A stretch of 64,000 nt of DNA, from contig NC_043005.1 in NCBI RefSeq assembly GCF_006345805.1, positions 85,374,001-85,438,000 of the forward strand, given 5' to 3'. Position numbers and translations under genes: made by a program. The notes below the pieces were generated by a model. The model was not told the DNA's origin, did not search any database, and was given only the letters and a program-made list of their open reading frames with translations. Position 1 is the stretch's first letter. Each line of letters starts with the position of its first letter. This document shows, one piece after another, positions 52,341 through 64,000 of the stretch. The DNA comes from Octopus sinensis (taxonomy: Eukaryota).

Positions 52341-52582
52341 ATAGGAGAAGGAAAGATCCAGAGAAGGGAAGACAGAGGAAAAAAAATCGCCACCAGTACC
52401 CACGAGGTCACATTTTGAATACAGATAGATAAATAGATAGATAGATAGATAGAGACACACACACATACACACACACATACACACACATGCAAACACGCAC
52501 GTGAGTGTGGTGTATATCTATATAAAATAAATGGATTCAACTGCACCTTCAGAAAAATTAAAGGATTATCATATCTTTTTAG

Positions 52583-52614
52583 CGTATGATGATCTTCAGC
52601 TGAAGGTGGTAGAG
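52583..52614 (+). CDS. Candidate exon (YDDLQLKVVE)
   Basis: tctttttag acceptor, GAG|GTGAGA donor, phase 1 to 0, compatible with 47635-47675. Confidence 0.25.
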
Positions 52615-52718
52615 GTGAGAGATCAATGCAGACAGCCTACGAATACCATACAGAATAGTTCAGACAGCACCTGAATAACAGCAAGTGCTTAAAAGTGAAG
52701 AGAACAACATCCTACATG

Positions 52719-53130
52719 ATTGTTTGCTAACATAACATAGCAGTCCTGGTTTAGGACGAATGTTACTGTAATTTAGCCCCAGGAGACATCACCAGTTGGC
52801 TATACGACACGATCTGTGTCCTTATATTTTTGAACAAGGGAATCTAGCAACCCCACTCAGCTTGAAACAATATCTGTGTATCATAATTTCCAGGTTATTT
52901 TACTTCATCAGCACAAAATAACTGTTCAGGAAATCGTGATACACAGATATTGTTTTGAGCTGAGTGGAGGTGCTATATTCCCTTGTTCGAAAATATAAGG
53001 ACACAGATCGTATCGTATAGCCAGCTGGAGACAACGTCTCCTGGGGCTAAATTACAGTAATATTCGTCCTAAACCAGGACTGCCATGTTATGTTGGCATC
53101 TCACGTGAGATTTAAAAATAGTAATTTTCT
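52719..53130. mobile_element. Fold-back family B, copy 3 (~410 bp), TSD-like flanks
   Basis: Inverted arms of ~180 bp. HHR-like core at the axis (52873-52917, minus). Flanks AACATCCTACATG and AACATCTTCCATG (11/13). Confidence 0.85.
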
Positions 53131-53750
53131 AACATCTTCCATGTTGGCAGTGAGCTCCTCAAGACGTATTCTTGTCCTGATAACCTCCTATACAACCCCA
53201 ATACTGCAGGAGAAATACACTTTAAATAAGACCCAGATGTGAAACACTCACCATACCAAAGAAAGGATGATGCTTGGATTTGTTTCTCGAAGCCTTTTAG
53301 AAGACAATAATATTGAGTTCAAATTTTAGCACAAGGCCAGAAATTATGGGGGAGGAGTTAAGTGAATTACATCGACTCCAGTGCATAACTGGTATTTATT
53401 TCATCAGCCCTGAAAGGATGAAAGGCATAGTTGACCTCGGTGGAGTTTGATCTCAGAGCATAAAGATGGCTGAAACGTTGGTAAGCATTTTGCTCAGCGT
53501 GCTAATGATCCAACCAGCTCACTGCCTTAAGAAGTCAGTAATACTGAAATAAAGGGTGAAGTGCAGTGTCTCTTGAACTTGTAACTACTACATCACATCA
53601 CACTTTGGAATGAATGCATTTGCTATCCATGCACAAGAAATACTGCAAGGTACCTCACGAATAAAATGAGACAGTAGGACATTTGGAGCCTCTGGATACA
53701 ACCAAGAATGTTGATTATGTCATATTTCTGTGGATGACATCACACATATG

Positions 53751-53947
53751 GTTCTATATCTAAGAGATGAGGACTAATATCCATCATTATTTACATTATT
53801 TACATTTGACGGATATTTGTCCTCATCTTGTTTGTAGTTAAGCCAAGACACCTGATGAAGGCTGGAGGGTATATCAACCGAAACGTTGTGTTAACAGCAA
53901 ACAAGATGAGGACAAATATCTGTCAGATGTAAATAATGTAAATAATA
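53751..53947. mobile_element. Family A copy 5 (short inverted dimer, no tRNA head)
   Basis: Antisense tail 53751-53840, then sense HHR 53847-53892 with an intact core. Confidence 0.85.
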
Positions 53948-53974
53948 TCCTGCATGGAGTCTGCAGCTGCTCAA

Positions 53975-54215
53975 ATATACCTATTTCTTTACTACCCACA
54001 AGGGGCTAAACACAGAGGGGACAAACAAGGACAGACAAGCGGATTAAGTCGATTATATCGATCCCAGTGCATAACTGGTATTTATTTAATCGACCCCAAA
54101 AGGATGAAAGGCAAAGTCGACCTCAGCGGAATTTGAACTCAGAGCGTAGCGGCAGACGAAGTACCGCTAAGCATTTGGCTCGATACACTAACATTTCTGC
54201 CAGCTCGCTGCCTTT
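53975..54215 (-). mobile_element. Nin/Deu-like SINE, full length
   Basis: Same family as 19608. Another copy lies at 53335-53530. Confidence 0.85.
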
Positions 54216-54946
54216 GTACTCTCAAAAATACCATCAAGGAACAACCTCTCATTGCAACATGATTCTCTCACCAAAACAATATACAATGCCATCTGAATAA
54301 ACAAATGTCAGAATCCCCATTTTTTGCTATCTACATTCCAGTGAAGGAGCTTTCTGTATCTATTAGAAACCAGCTCCTGCTTTGGAGGAAGACTTCAGAT
54401 TATTAAAAATAGAAGGGAACATACTTATATATATACATTCACCAGAACTCATGAACAGTCAAGACTCATTTCAAAAGAACAAAGCCTTTTTCAAAGATAG
54501 ATATCATTTTTTGTTATTCCTCATTGAATGTTTTACGACATACATTTTTATTTATTTGTGAGTATTTACATTTAAAAAGAGAATTTAAAATATTCAATAA
54601 GATTACTGCAACATATTCATCGATGGCAAATAGCAAATATAATTGGAGAAATGAGGTTCTATTGGAAATGAGAAATGCAATTGAATTCTTGGAAAATATT
54701 TACATATATGACATTATTACTGTCGGAGGGAAAGGGACAAATCATTCTGAATACAGGAAAACGTGTATATATGTGTGCATGTGTGTGTATACGTGTGTGT
54801 TTATACGTGTGTGTGTGTACGTGTGTGTGTACGCGTGCGTGCGTGTGAATGTGTGTGTATTTATGTATATATGTATAAATATATATATATATTATATATA
54901 TATATATATAATGTATATATGTATTTACATATGTATATTTACATAT

Positions 54947-54992
<46 letters not shown>

Positions 54993-55114
54993 GTATATAT
55001 GTATTTACATATGTATATTTACATATTATATATACATATATATTATATATATATATGTATGTATAATATGTATATATACATATAAACATGCACATACATA
55101 TATGCACAAATAAG

Positions 55115-55150
<36 letters not shown>

Positions 55151-55359
55151 CAAACATACATTCACACACATATACATGCACACATATGCATACCTATATG
55201 TTCATATGTATTTGTGTATGTGTAGATATATGTAAATTGCTTGGAATTCTTGGCCCTTGAGTCACTCTGTTGCTTCTGCTAAATATTTATAAAAGAATAC
55301 GTATATACTCATATTTGGAGTTCTACATTTCCTGTTTGCATCACCAAACCTATATAAAT

Positions 55360-55367
55360 GTGCAATG

Positions 55368-55422
<55 letters not shown>

Positions 55423-55626
55423 CCTACCTACCGATCTGTCCGTTCGTCAGTCCAACTGCCTGTCTGTCTGTCTGTCTGTCTATCTATCTTTCTATCTATC
55501 TATCTATCTATTTATCTATCTACCTACCTACCTAGTTACCTACTTACCTATCTATGTATCTAACTACCTACCTACCGATCTGTCTGTTTGTCTGTCCATC
55601 CGTCCGTCCGTCTGTCTGTTTGTCTG

Positions 55627-55684
<58 letters not shown>

Positions 55685-55780
55685 AACCTACCTACTTACC
55701 TACTTACCTATCTATCTATCTATCTAACTACCTACCTACCTGTCTGTTTTCTGTTTGTCTACATATCTATCTATACACAC
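55360..55780. repeat. (TATC)n/(TACC)n/(TGTC)n tetranucleotide array
   Basis: Directly visible. Confidence 0.95.
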
Positions 55781-55853
55781 ACGCACACACACACACATAA
55801 ATATATGTATATGCACACATATACACAGTTATATGTGCAGATGCATGTATCTG

Positions 55854-56640
55854 CAGGTGTTCTGAACCTAATGAGTTGACCAGGTGCAAACTGAAGCTAT
55901 TGTTTCCACACCAAATTTCCTTAGCTACCTCAAGGAATTTTGCATTGTGATTAGCTTATTTCCCTATCAACCTCCCTTTCTCTGTCCTTGCTCTTTTTCT
56001 CTCCTTTCTCTCTCTTTCTCATAAAAGCACAAATTCTATGTGCAAAGAAAGCTTCCAATATGGCACCAAAAGACAGTGGTGTGTCTATGCAGAGAAATCC
56101 TCGAGAACACGGATCGCAAAATAAATCACTTTTGAAAGACACTTATTATTATTTATCATTTATTTTCAATATGTTCCTAAAACTTGGCGTCTTTTCTCCT
56201 TCAGGTGTACATCAGTATCAGATATCAAATCTCGAGTGGCAGCCAGTTATTTAGGATGTCATTTAAGTGCTTACATTAGAGCCTCGAGTGCAGCTTTGTT
56301 TTATTGATGCGCATTACAGAGATAACTCGTTAACAAAGGTAGGTAGTCCCAAACATACACAAAAGTTTTGCAGCCAGGGCTGTCAATTTGAGGTACTTTG
56401 GCAAGAGGTACTGATAAAATGTGTCCAAGCCCACCAAGGTAAATTTGTTCTTCAAATCTGAATCAAGCTGCAAGTCAATCATTTCAAGTTGGATGGGCAG
56501 ATCAGAGGTGTTGAATGTGAATGGTGAGCGTAAAGCTGTGAAATCTGATTCAAGTTCATTAAAAATCTGAAACCGTTGCTCAATCTCTTACAGCAATCCT
56601 GTGATATTGTTTTTTGTACTGATTCATGTTAACATTATCA
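55854..56640 (-). mobile_element. hAT (SPIN/Charlie/GTF2IRD2-like) transposase C-terminal relic with 3' TIR
   Basis: Minus translation EQRFQIFNELESDF...PF...QLEMIDLQLDSDLKNKF...LLCMFGTTYLC*RVISVMRINKTKLHSRL. TIR-like CAGGTGTTCTGAACCT at 55854. Confidence 0.75.
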
Positions 56641-57186
56641 ATGCTCAAGGACTGCATCAAGCTCCGATCTCTGATTTGTTCATGGATTTTCCAACTTAGT
56701 GCCCTTTCTAGTACCAGCCACTTTATAGCATGGTATTGGTGCTTTATTTCATGCCACCAACACTATTGAGATTGCTATGCCATTCAAAGTATCATGAGTC
56801 CTGGGGGAAGTGGGGGTGGGTCAGCTTGATACTTAGGGATCAGAGAATTAATAGGAGAGGTAAGGTAGATAAGCAAAATCTAACTTACTTCTGAATTCTA
56901 TAGAAAAGAGAATATTGCATTGCTAACACAGAAAGTAAGACTCAATATTGACTTGTTAACCTTTCAGATACCTATTTATATATTATGGTTGTAAAACAAA
57001 ATGCTGTGCTCTTGCTAGTAACTGATATTAAAATAAGTGTATTTTAACAAGCTTCTGTAATTTAAATAAAATATACTTATTGCAATGAGCAAGGAAAGAT
57101 ATAATGCAGTACTAAATTCTGAGAGATTTAAGCTTGAAACATTGAAAGACAGCATTAAAACTTTTAAATTAATTCAGTTTTTTACA

Positions 57187-57229
57187 TTTACACTGATGAG
57201 CAACAGTATTGAAACACTAGTGTCAATGT
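57187..57229 (+). ncRNA. Degenerate hammerhead motif (family K)
   Basis: CUGAUGA-GCAA(CAGUA)UU-GAAA-CACUAGUG-UC. Perfect palindromic stem III ACACUAGUGU and GUC site; stems I and II imperfect. Confidence 0.5.
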
Positions 57230-57545
57230 TTAATAATATAATTATTTGTTCTAATACAAAAGCAGTGTCAAATTCATGGAGGTTTGACACTACATTCATA
57301 CTATTATAACTTTTGACTAATTCCAGTCAGTTTTTGTTCTCTTTTTTTTTAGGATAAATTATTCAACATTTTGCAGTCACACAGAATCCATAAAATATAA
57401 TAAAAAACGCACAATATATTTATACTATTAAGTCTAAATATTTTGCTATTGATTATGCTAACATATATACAGATAATTATATAAACATATATAGAGAGAT
57501 AGATATACATCATATGCCCATATGTATATGCACATATATATATAG

Positions 57546-57595
<50 letters not shown>

Positions 57596-57660
57596 TATGT
57601 GAATATACACATATATACATATATATATTTATATATATATATATGTGTGTGAATATACAC

Positions 57661-57695
<35 letters not shown>

Positions 57696-57894
57696 CTCAC
57701 ATTTACACACACGTATATATATACAAACACACATACATATATAGATATACACACTCACACACATATATATGCACATACACACATATATGTATACGCACAT
57801 ATGCACAAACACTAATAAAATTTGATTCACTCAGATAGACAAGTACGCTTTAAATGTACGCACAAACAAAAATAAAATTGACACTTATACACAC

Positions 57895-57951
<57 letters not shown>

Positions 57952-58399
57952 TGTAATTTCAAACTTTCTAGTATGAGGAGAGCCAACTTATCAAACATTT
58001 CATCTATACTGTTGAGTATTGCGTATTATAAATATTCATACATGACATTGTATTAAGATGAAATATTAATATATTTTTGTATTAAAATGTATTCAGGTCT
58101 TTTTCCTCACTATAATGCCTTTTGTTTTGTTTTGTTTTATTTTGTTTTTTCTAATGTGGTTTTTTTTTTTTTTTTGGTTTTTGTATATTTGTTTCCCCAC
58201 CGATATATTCGATTTATTCTTTTGAAATTGAAATTCATGTGTGTATTGTGTGTTTTATTCAGTATGTTGTTATTGAGAAAATATATATATATATATGTTT
58301 ATAATATACACATATATATATATATGTGCATGGATATGTGTGTATGTGTTTACACACATATCTGTGTATACATGTGTATGTATGTATGTATGTGCATAT

Positions 58400-58487
<88 letters not shown>

Positions 58488-58989
58488 GTATATGTATTAT
58501 ATATATATATATATATATGTATGTATGGAGTATTAGGCAGCTAGATAGACAGACCGACTAATAGGTAGATAAATAGATAGATGGACAGACATACAGACTG
58601 ACAGGTTGATTAACAGATTCAGAGATACTTATGTGCGTAGACCAATAGATAGATTAGATACGCTGATAGACAGGTAGATGAGCAGATAAATAAGTACGTA
58701 GATAAGTAGATAAGGAGGGAGACAGAGACAGTCAGACATTTCTGAATACTTCAGGCCATCAAATTTTCCACAGGGCTTCAATAAATCTTTAAACTTTTCT
58801 TGTGTCTTGGAACTGTAAAGTAAATAACAAACATTCAGTGATATAACCATCATCATCATCGTTATCCCAACCACCACCACCACCACTACCACCGCCAGCC
58901 ACTCCACCACCATTTCCATCTTCATTATTATCATCATTGGTATCCTCATCATTGTTTGCATCTTAATGTTTATTTCTCAATATTAAGGT

Positions 58990-59580
58990 AATTTTCCACC
59001 AAGGTCGACTTTGCCTTTTATCCTTTTGGGGTCGATAAATTAAGTACCAGTTGTGTGGTGGGGTCGATCTAATCAAATGGCCCCCTCCCCCAAAATTTCA
59101 GGCCTTGTACTTAGAGAAGAAAAGAATATTAAAGTAATCGAAGGCGGTGAGCCGGCAGAATTGTTAACATACTGGGTGAAATGCTTAGCGGTATTTTGTC
59201 CATCTTTACATTCTGAGTTCAAATTCTTCCTTGGTCGACTTTGCCTTTCATCCTTTTGGGGTCGATAAAATAAGTACCAGTTAAACACAGGGGTCGATGT
59301 AATCGATTTATCCCATCCCTTGAAATTTCAGGCCTTGTGCCTACATTAGAAAGGAATATTAAGGTGATCTAAGGTGGCAAGCTGGCAGAATCGTTAGCCC
59401 GCTGGACAAAATGATTAACAGCATTCTGTCCATCTATAAGTTCTGAACTCAAATTCTGCCAAGGTCGAATTTGCCATTCACCTTTTTGGAGTCAATGAAA
59501 TAAGTACCAGTTGAAAACTGGAGTCGATGTTATCACCTTGAGCCCCCGAAATTGCTGGATTTGAGCCAAACATTTGGAAC
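58990..59580 (+). mobile_element. Three head-to-tail Nin/Deu-like SINE copies
   Basis: Central domain 'ggtcgactttgcctttcatccttttggggtcgataaa' at ~59000, 59235 and 59465. Confidence 0.85.
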
Positions 59581-61210
59581 CATTATTAAAATAATTTCTG
59601 CAATCTGTAGACACAAGTCTATTTGGTACGTTCAACTAGTAGCAAAATTGGTAGACTCACCAAAGTGCCCTGAGAATGATATCACATATCTCTATAATTA
59701 GCTCTCATTAAGTTGTTAATACGGACTGGATTTCTCTCACAACCATAATATCACAGTTGCTGAGTGCCAAGTGTGTCAGCAAAATACCTGATGTTTGGTG
59801 TGTAGTTCTTGGTATATTTTGTGATGAACTACAGCAAAATACACATGACAAACCAGCTCACCTCCAAGGAATTCTCTGGAGGTTTTACAGCCTCAGTGCA
59901 TGTCTGCACATCAACAGCTATTGCTGACTGAAACCAACCTCAGATCAGAAGAATTTGGCAACAGATAGACTGCATGATTAGTGGAATGTGTCTCTTTCAC
60001 AATTAATGAAAAAAGAAACCCTCAGATCTAGTCAGATGAGAACTAGTGTAAAGGACAACGGTCAGGTGATAAAATATAACGAGAGTGCTGTTTATGCTTG
60101 TCATACCTGCTTCACCTTTCAAGAATAGTTACAGCTCATCTCATCCTGCTTATTGTCTCATCCCAGATTTAATCCACTTGAAGATTCACACAGCACCTGA
60201 CCCTAACAAACTTAACCAATCTGTCTATCCTCTAATATCCCATGATGAAGCCTGATAACATAATTCTTGCCTCACCAGAGGCCAAATATTATAATTTCTG
60301 GGTTAATCTTTACTTCTGTCAACATTCTGTAAAATTTTGTAAAAACACTGTAAAAACTGTGACCATCAAAATAATTTCTGCAATGGCTGATCTTAGATCA
60401 TTAAGGGGTGGTGTTGACTTGGCATATCAATAGAGAGTTTTGAAGGGGGAAGAAGCTAAGAAGACAAAGAATCTAAGGATAAGAAAGAGAAGCTGAAGGA
60501 GGAGCTAAGGAGTAGATGGAGCTGAAGAATAGGAGGAAGAAAAAGAAGCCAAGAAGCAGCAGCTGAGAACAAGAAGAAGCTAAGAAGAAGAAGAAGCTAA
60601 AAAGAAGGAATGAAGAAAAGATTTAGAAGCTGAAAAAGAAGCTAAGCAGCTGAGATTTTCCTCAATAGCTTCTCTGGTCTTAGTAATGCATTGAAATCCA
60701 ATTCACAAAGAAAAGATGGGAGAGAAATAATTGAAGGAGGGAGAACATGATTGGAAAAATGTTGTTCAATGAAGAATTTTCGCCTCTGCAAAGGATTCCA
60801 AAGCAACAGGCTAAAAGGAAATGGTTGATTCTTTCGTTTGATCAAATTTAATAAGAACCCTAACAAAAGCCAAATTTATTAACCATTCTTTCAACTGCAG
60901 ATTCCATGAAGTGGAGCTCGTCATATTTTATTGTTTGTCTTTTATCGTCTATTTGTCTCAGTCATTAGACTGTGGCCATGCTGGGGCACCACCTTGAAGT
61001 ATTTCTTTTATTAAGCCTGGTACTTATTCTATTTGCCAAACCCCAGGCTTTAGGGATGTAAACACACTAACACTGGTTCTCAACTGGTGGTGGGGGAACA
61101 AATACACATACATACACACACACACATGCACAGACACACACGCATACATATACATATTGATGTAATGAACAGGTCTCCCTTCCTCAAAGTTTCAGGCCTT
61201 GTGCCTATAC

Positions 61211-61616
61211 TCTTTTACTCTTTTACTTGTTTCAATCATTTGACTGCGGCCATGCTGGAGCACTGCCTTTAGTCGAGCAAATCAACCCCGGGACTTATTC
61301 TTTGTATGCCCAGTACTTATTCTATCGGTCGCTTTTGTCGAACCGCTAAGTGACGGGGACGTAAACACACCAGCATCGGTTGTCAAGCAATGCTAGGGGG
61401 ACAAACACAGACACACAAACATACATACACATACATATATATACATATATACGACAGGCTTCTTTCAGTTTCCGTCTACCATATCCACTCACAAGGCATT
61501 GGTCGGCCCAAGGCTATAGCAGAAGACACTTGCCCAAGATGCCACGCAGTGGGACTGAACCCAGAACCATGTGGTTGGTAGGCAAGCTACTTACCACACA
61601 GCCACTCCTGCGCCTA
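61211..61616 (-). mobile_element. CORE-like SINE, full bipartite, low divergence
   Basis: Same family as 2255. Confidence 0.85.
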
Positions 61617-61679
61617 TGTTAGAAAGAATTATATTTGACGGAACAATCTCAATGTAAAAGAGTTAATAATAATTTATTG

Positions 61680-61850
61680 TGGTGGTAACGGTTATTCCTG
61701 TGGTGATTGATGCACTTAGCAAAGTGGCCAAACTGTTTATCTAAGATGCTGAAGGATACTGCAACCGCCGAGACTCACGTTGTCATGCAGTTCTGTATTC
61801 TAAAAGATTCCTAAGAAAGATTCTTGAGGTTTGAGGAGACTTGTTACGAA
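61680..61850 (+). mobile_element. Possible relic of an RLE-type non-LTR element C-terminus
   Basis: IPVVIDALSKVAKLFI...RFLRKILE resembles the 'PVVIGALG...RILRKVL' end of RLE LINEs. Contains stops. Confidence 0.35.
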
Positions 61851-62084
61851 ACCTCAAGACAACATCTCTGGTAAGTAAAGTAGCATGGAATCGTTAGATA
61901 ATAATAATTCATTAGGATTGAGCAAATTCTTAAGAAAGGTTAAATACGCAGGTAGAAGAGCACAATGCCATATGTAATAGAACCACAGACTGGCTTTGTC
62001 TATGGAACTGAACGATATTTTGGCAGACTGTTTGGTTTTTTCCTGTTTCTAAATGTAAAATACACAGAAATACACAGAAGCTGA

Positions 62085-62260
62085 AAAGGAGTTGGGAAGA
62101 AGAAAAGAAGAAGAAGAAGAGGAGGAGGAGGAGGAGGAGGAAAGGAGGAAGAGGATGAAGAAGGAGAAGGGAGAGAAGAAAAAGAAGTAAAAAGAAAAGG
62201 AAGGAGAAGAGTTAAAAGAAGAAGGAGAAAAAAGAGAAAGAAAGAGAAAGTGAGGAAAAG
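62085..62260. repeat. (GAA/GGA)n purine tract
   Basis: Directly visible. Confidence 0.9.
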
Positions 62261-62397
62261 TGTGATTGTGTGTGTGTGTGTGTGTATGTGTGTACATGTG
62301 TGTGTTGGGAAAGGCACGGGCATCAGAACGTTGGCAGAAGTAAGAGAGTTTGCCACTGTAGCAGAAAGCTATGTTTTGGAATAAATTTTATTCCACA

Positions 62398-62794
62398 CTA
62401 GCAGTATCGCCCGGCGTTGCAAGGGTTTGTAAGGGAAATAACTATATAAGCATTTTTAGAGATGTAAAGTATAATAGCCATCTCAATATGGCTAACCACA
62501 AAGGGGGGGGGGTTACTGTAGCTTTATACGTTCTGAGATTTAATAATAAATTTTTAGAGAGTTACTTCCCTTATATATGCCAAAAATGCATTAAAAATGA
62601 GAAAAATTGATGGTAAATTATTTTTAAAATCGTAGACTCATTGTAGACGCGCACTAATACCCAGAAGGGCTCGATATGAATCACGACTATAAGATACCCG
62701 GTTTTGGTTAAACTGCACCGCAAAATGTGGGAGTAGTTAGGAATCTAAATCGTAGGAGACAGACAGCACACAACCTCACTTTTATATATAAAGA
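62398..62794 (-). mobile_element. Non-autonomous Helitron
   Basis: Same termini as 26687. Confidence 0.85.
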
Positions 62795-63239
62795 TTAATA
62801 GCAGACATAATAATTCTATACAGTTGTTCTTCAGTTTGTCAAACAGAACGGAATGGAATCAGATGAAAACAAACAATCTTTCTGAAAGCGGAAACTGTAG
62901 ACATCAACCTTGTCAAATTCTGAGGAAAACAATCACCGCCTTCCTGGATTGCACAGAGACAGGAATAAGGCTGTTTTGGTAATTTTTATTTCTCTGGATT
63001 ATAGGTGGCAATATCTTGATTTGCAGCTGCAAATCAAGATATTGCCACCTGTAATGCAGAAAAATATGTTGCAGCATATTGCATTCTAGATTAGGGGTCT
63101 GTCTCCCTCATATGAGAGGAGAGTTATTCTGTCAGGGTGCTTGTGAGACCCATGGTGAGGACCTACAGGCTTCAGTTGTGACAGAAAGCAAGCTCTGAAT
63201 GTTATAATTAGAGATCTCTTCCAATAATCTTTTCTACGT

Positions 63240-63630
63240 TAGGCACAAGGCCTGAAATTTTGAGGGAAGGGCACCAGTCAATTACATCGACCCCAGTACA
63301 CAACTGGTACTTAATTTATCGATCCTGAAAGGATCAAAGGCAAAGTTGACCTCGGCAGAATTTTAACACTGAACTTAAAGACGGACGAAATACCTATTTC
63401 TTTACTACCTACAAAAGGCTAAACACAGAGAGGACGAACAAGGACATATAAACGGATTAAGTAGATTATGTCGACCCCAGTGCGTAACTGGTACTTATTT
63501 ACTCGACCCCAAAAGGATGAAAGGCAAATTCGACCTCGGTGGAATTTGAACTCAGAACGTAAAAACAGACGAAATACCACTAAGCATTTCGCCTGGGGTG
63601 CTAACGTTTGTGCCAGTTCGCTGCCTTAGC
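63240..63630 (-). mobile_element. Two fused Nin/Deu-like SINEs
   Basis: A full copy (~63385-63628) is joined to a 5'-truncated copy at the shared GAAATACC. Confidence 0.8.
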
Positions 63631-64000
63631 GCCTTCCAAAAATGTCATTCAGAGTGACTTGTTGGGGGAACTGGCCTGCTCTATGGTTGCAGGATAATGT
63701 ATGCAAGCTGAGTTCACCAATTACTGCTCCACAATGACACCTGTGTGACTCACAAACCCAGAGACCAAGACGCTGGGTGCTGGGTCACTCTACTACAAGT
63801 ACACTCATCACCAAGAATGGTACCGGTTGACGAGAAGGGAACCAAATTAAGTCATGTGCTGCTCTTTGGCTGCAAAGCAAAAGGGAGGCATCTTCCGAGA
63901 CAAATGTCGCGTAAAAGGAAGGAGAAATCTACGACTCTTGGATTTGTCTTGGAGACATCATATATTGTGTTATTCTCAACCATAAATCTATTTATTTCTG

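Noticed and set aside
53735-53960. TSD around family A copy 5
   Set aside because: No matching flanking duplication found.
56205-56339. Strong plus-strand acceptor and donor suggesting an exon
   Set aside because: Stops in all three frames; the region is an antisense hAT transposase relic.

Overview
AT-rich, gene-poor animal genomic DNA. The repeat repertoire (tRNA-headed SINEs, RTE tails ending in (ATG)n, very dense (TA)n/(CA)n/(AAT)n tracts) suggests an Octopus genome; this is inference from recalled repeat families. Nearly all ORFs in the supplied track are microsatellite artefacts. Recognisable elements: a full-length decayed mariner (38835-40107), further mariner and hAT relics, four copies of a ~400 bp non-autonomous Helitron, RTE LINE 3' ends, several SINE families, and two Penelope-like (PLE) GIY-YIG endonuclease fragments. 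The main observation is a large set of minimal type I hammerhead ribozyme (HHR) motifs in about nine unrelated short repeat families. Many copies show PLE-style inverted ends or target-site duplications, or abut (TA)n tracts. One family (5 copies) joins a tRNA-like Pol III head, an (AAT)n spacer and an HHR. One insertion folds back exactly at its predicted ribozyme cleavage site. No PLE reverse transcriptase is visible in the window. A few short candidate host exons exist on both strands but could not be identified. All folds and alignments were done by eye.
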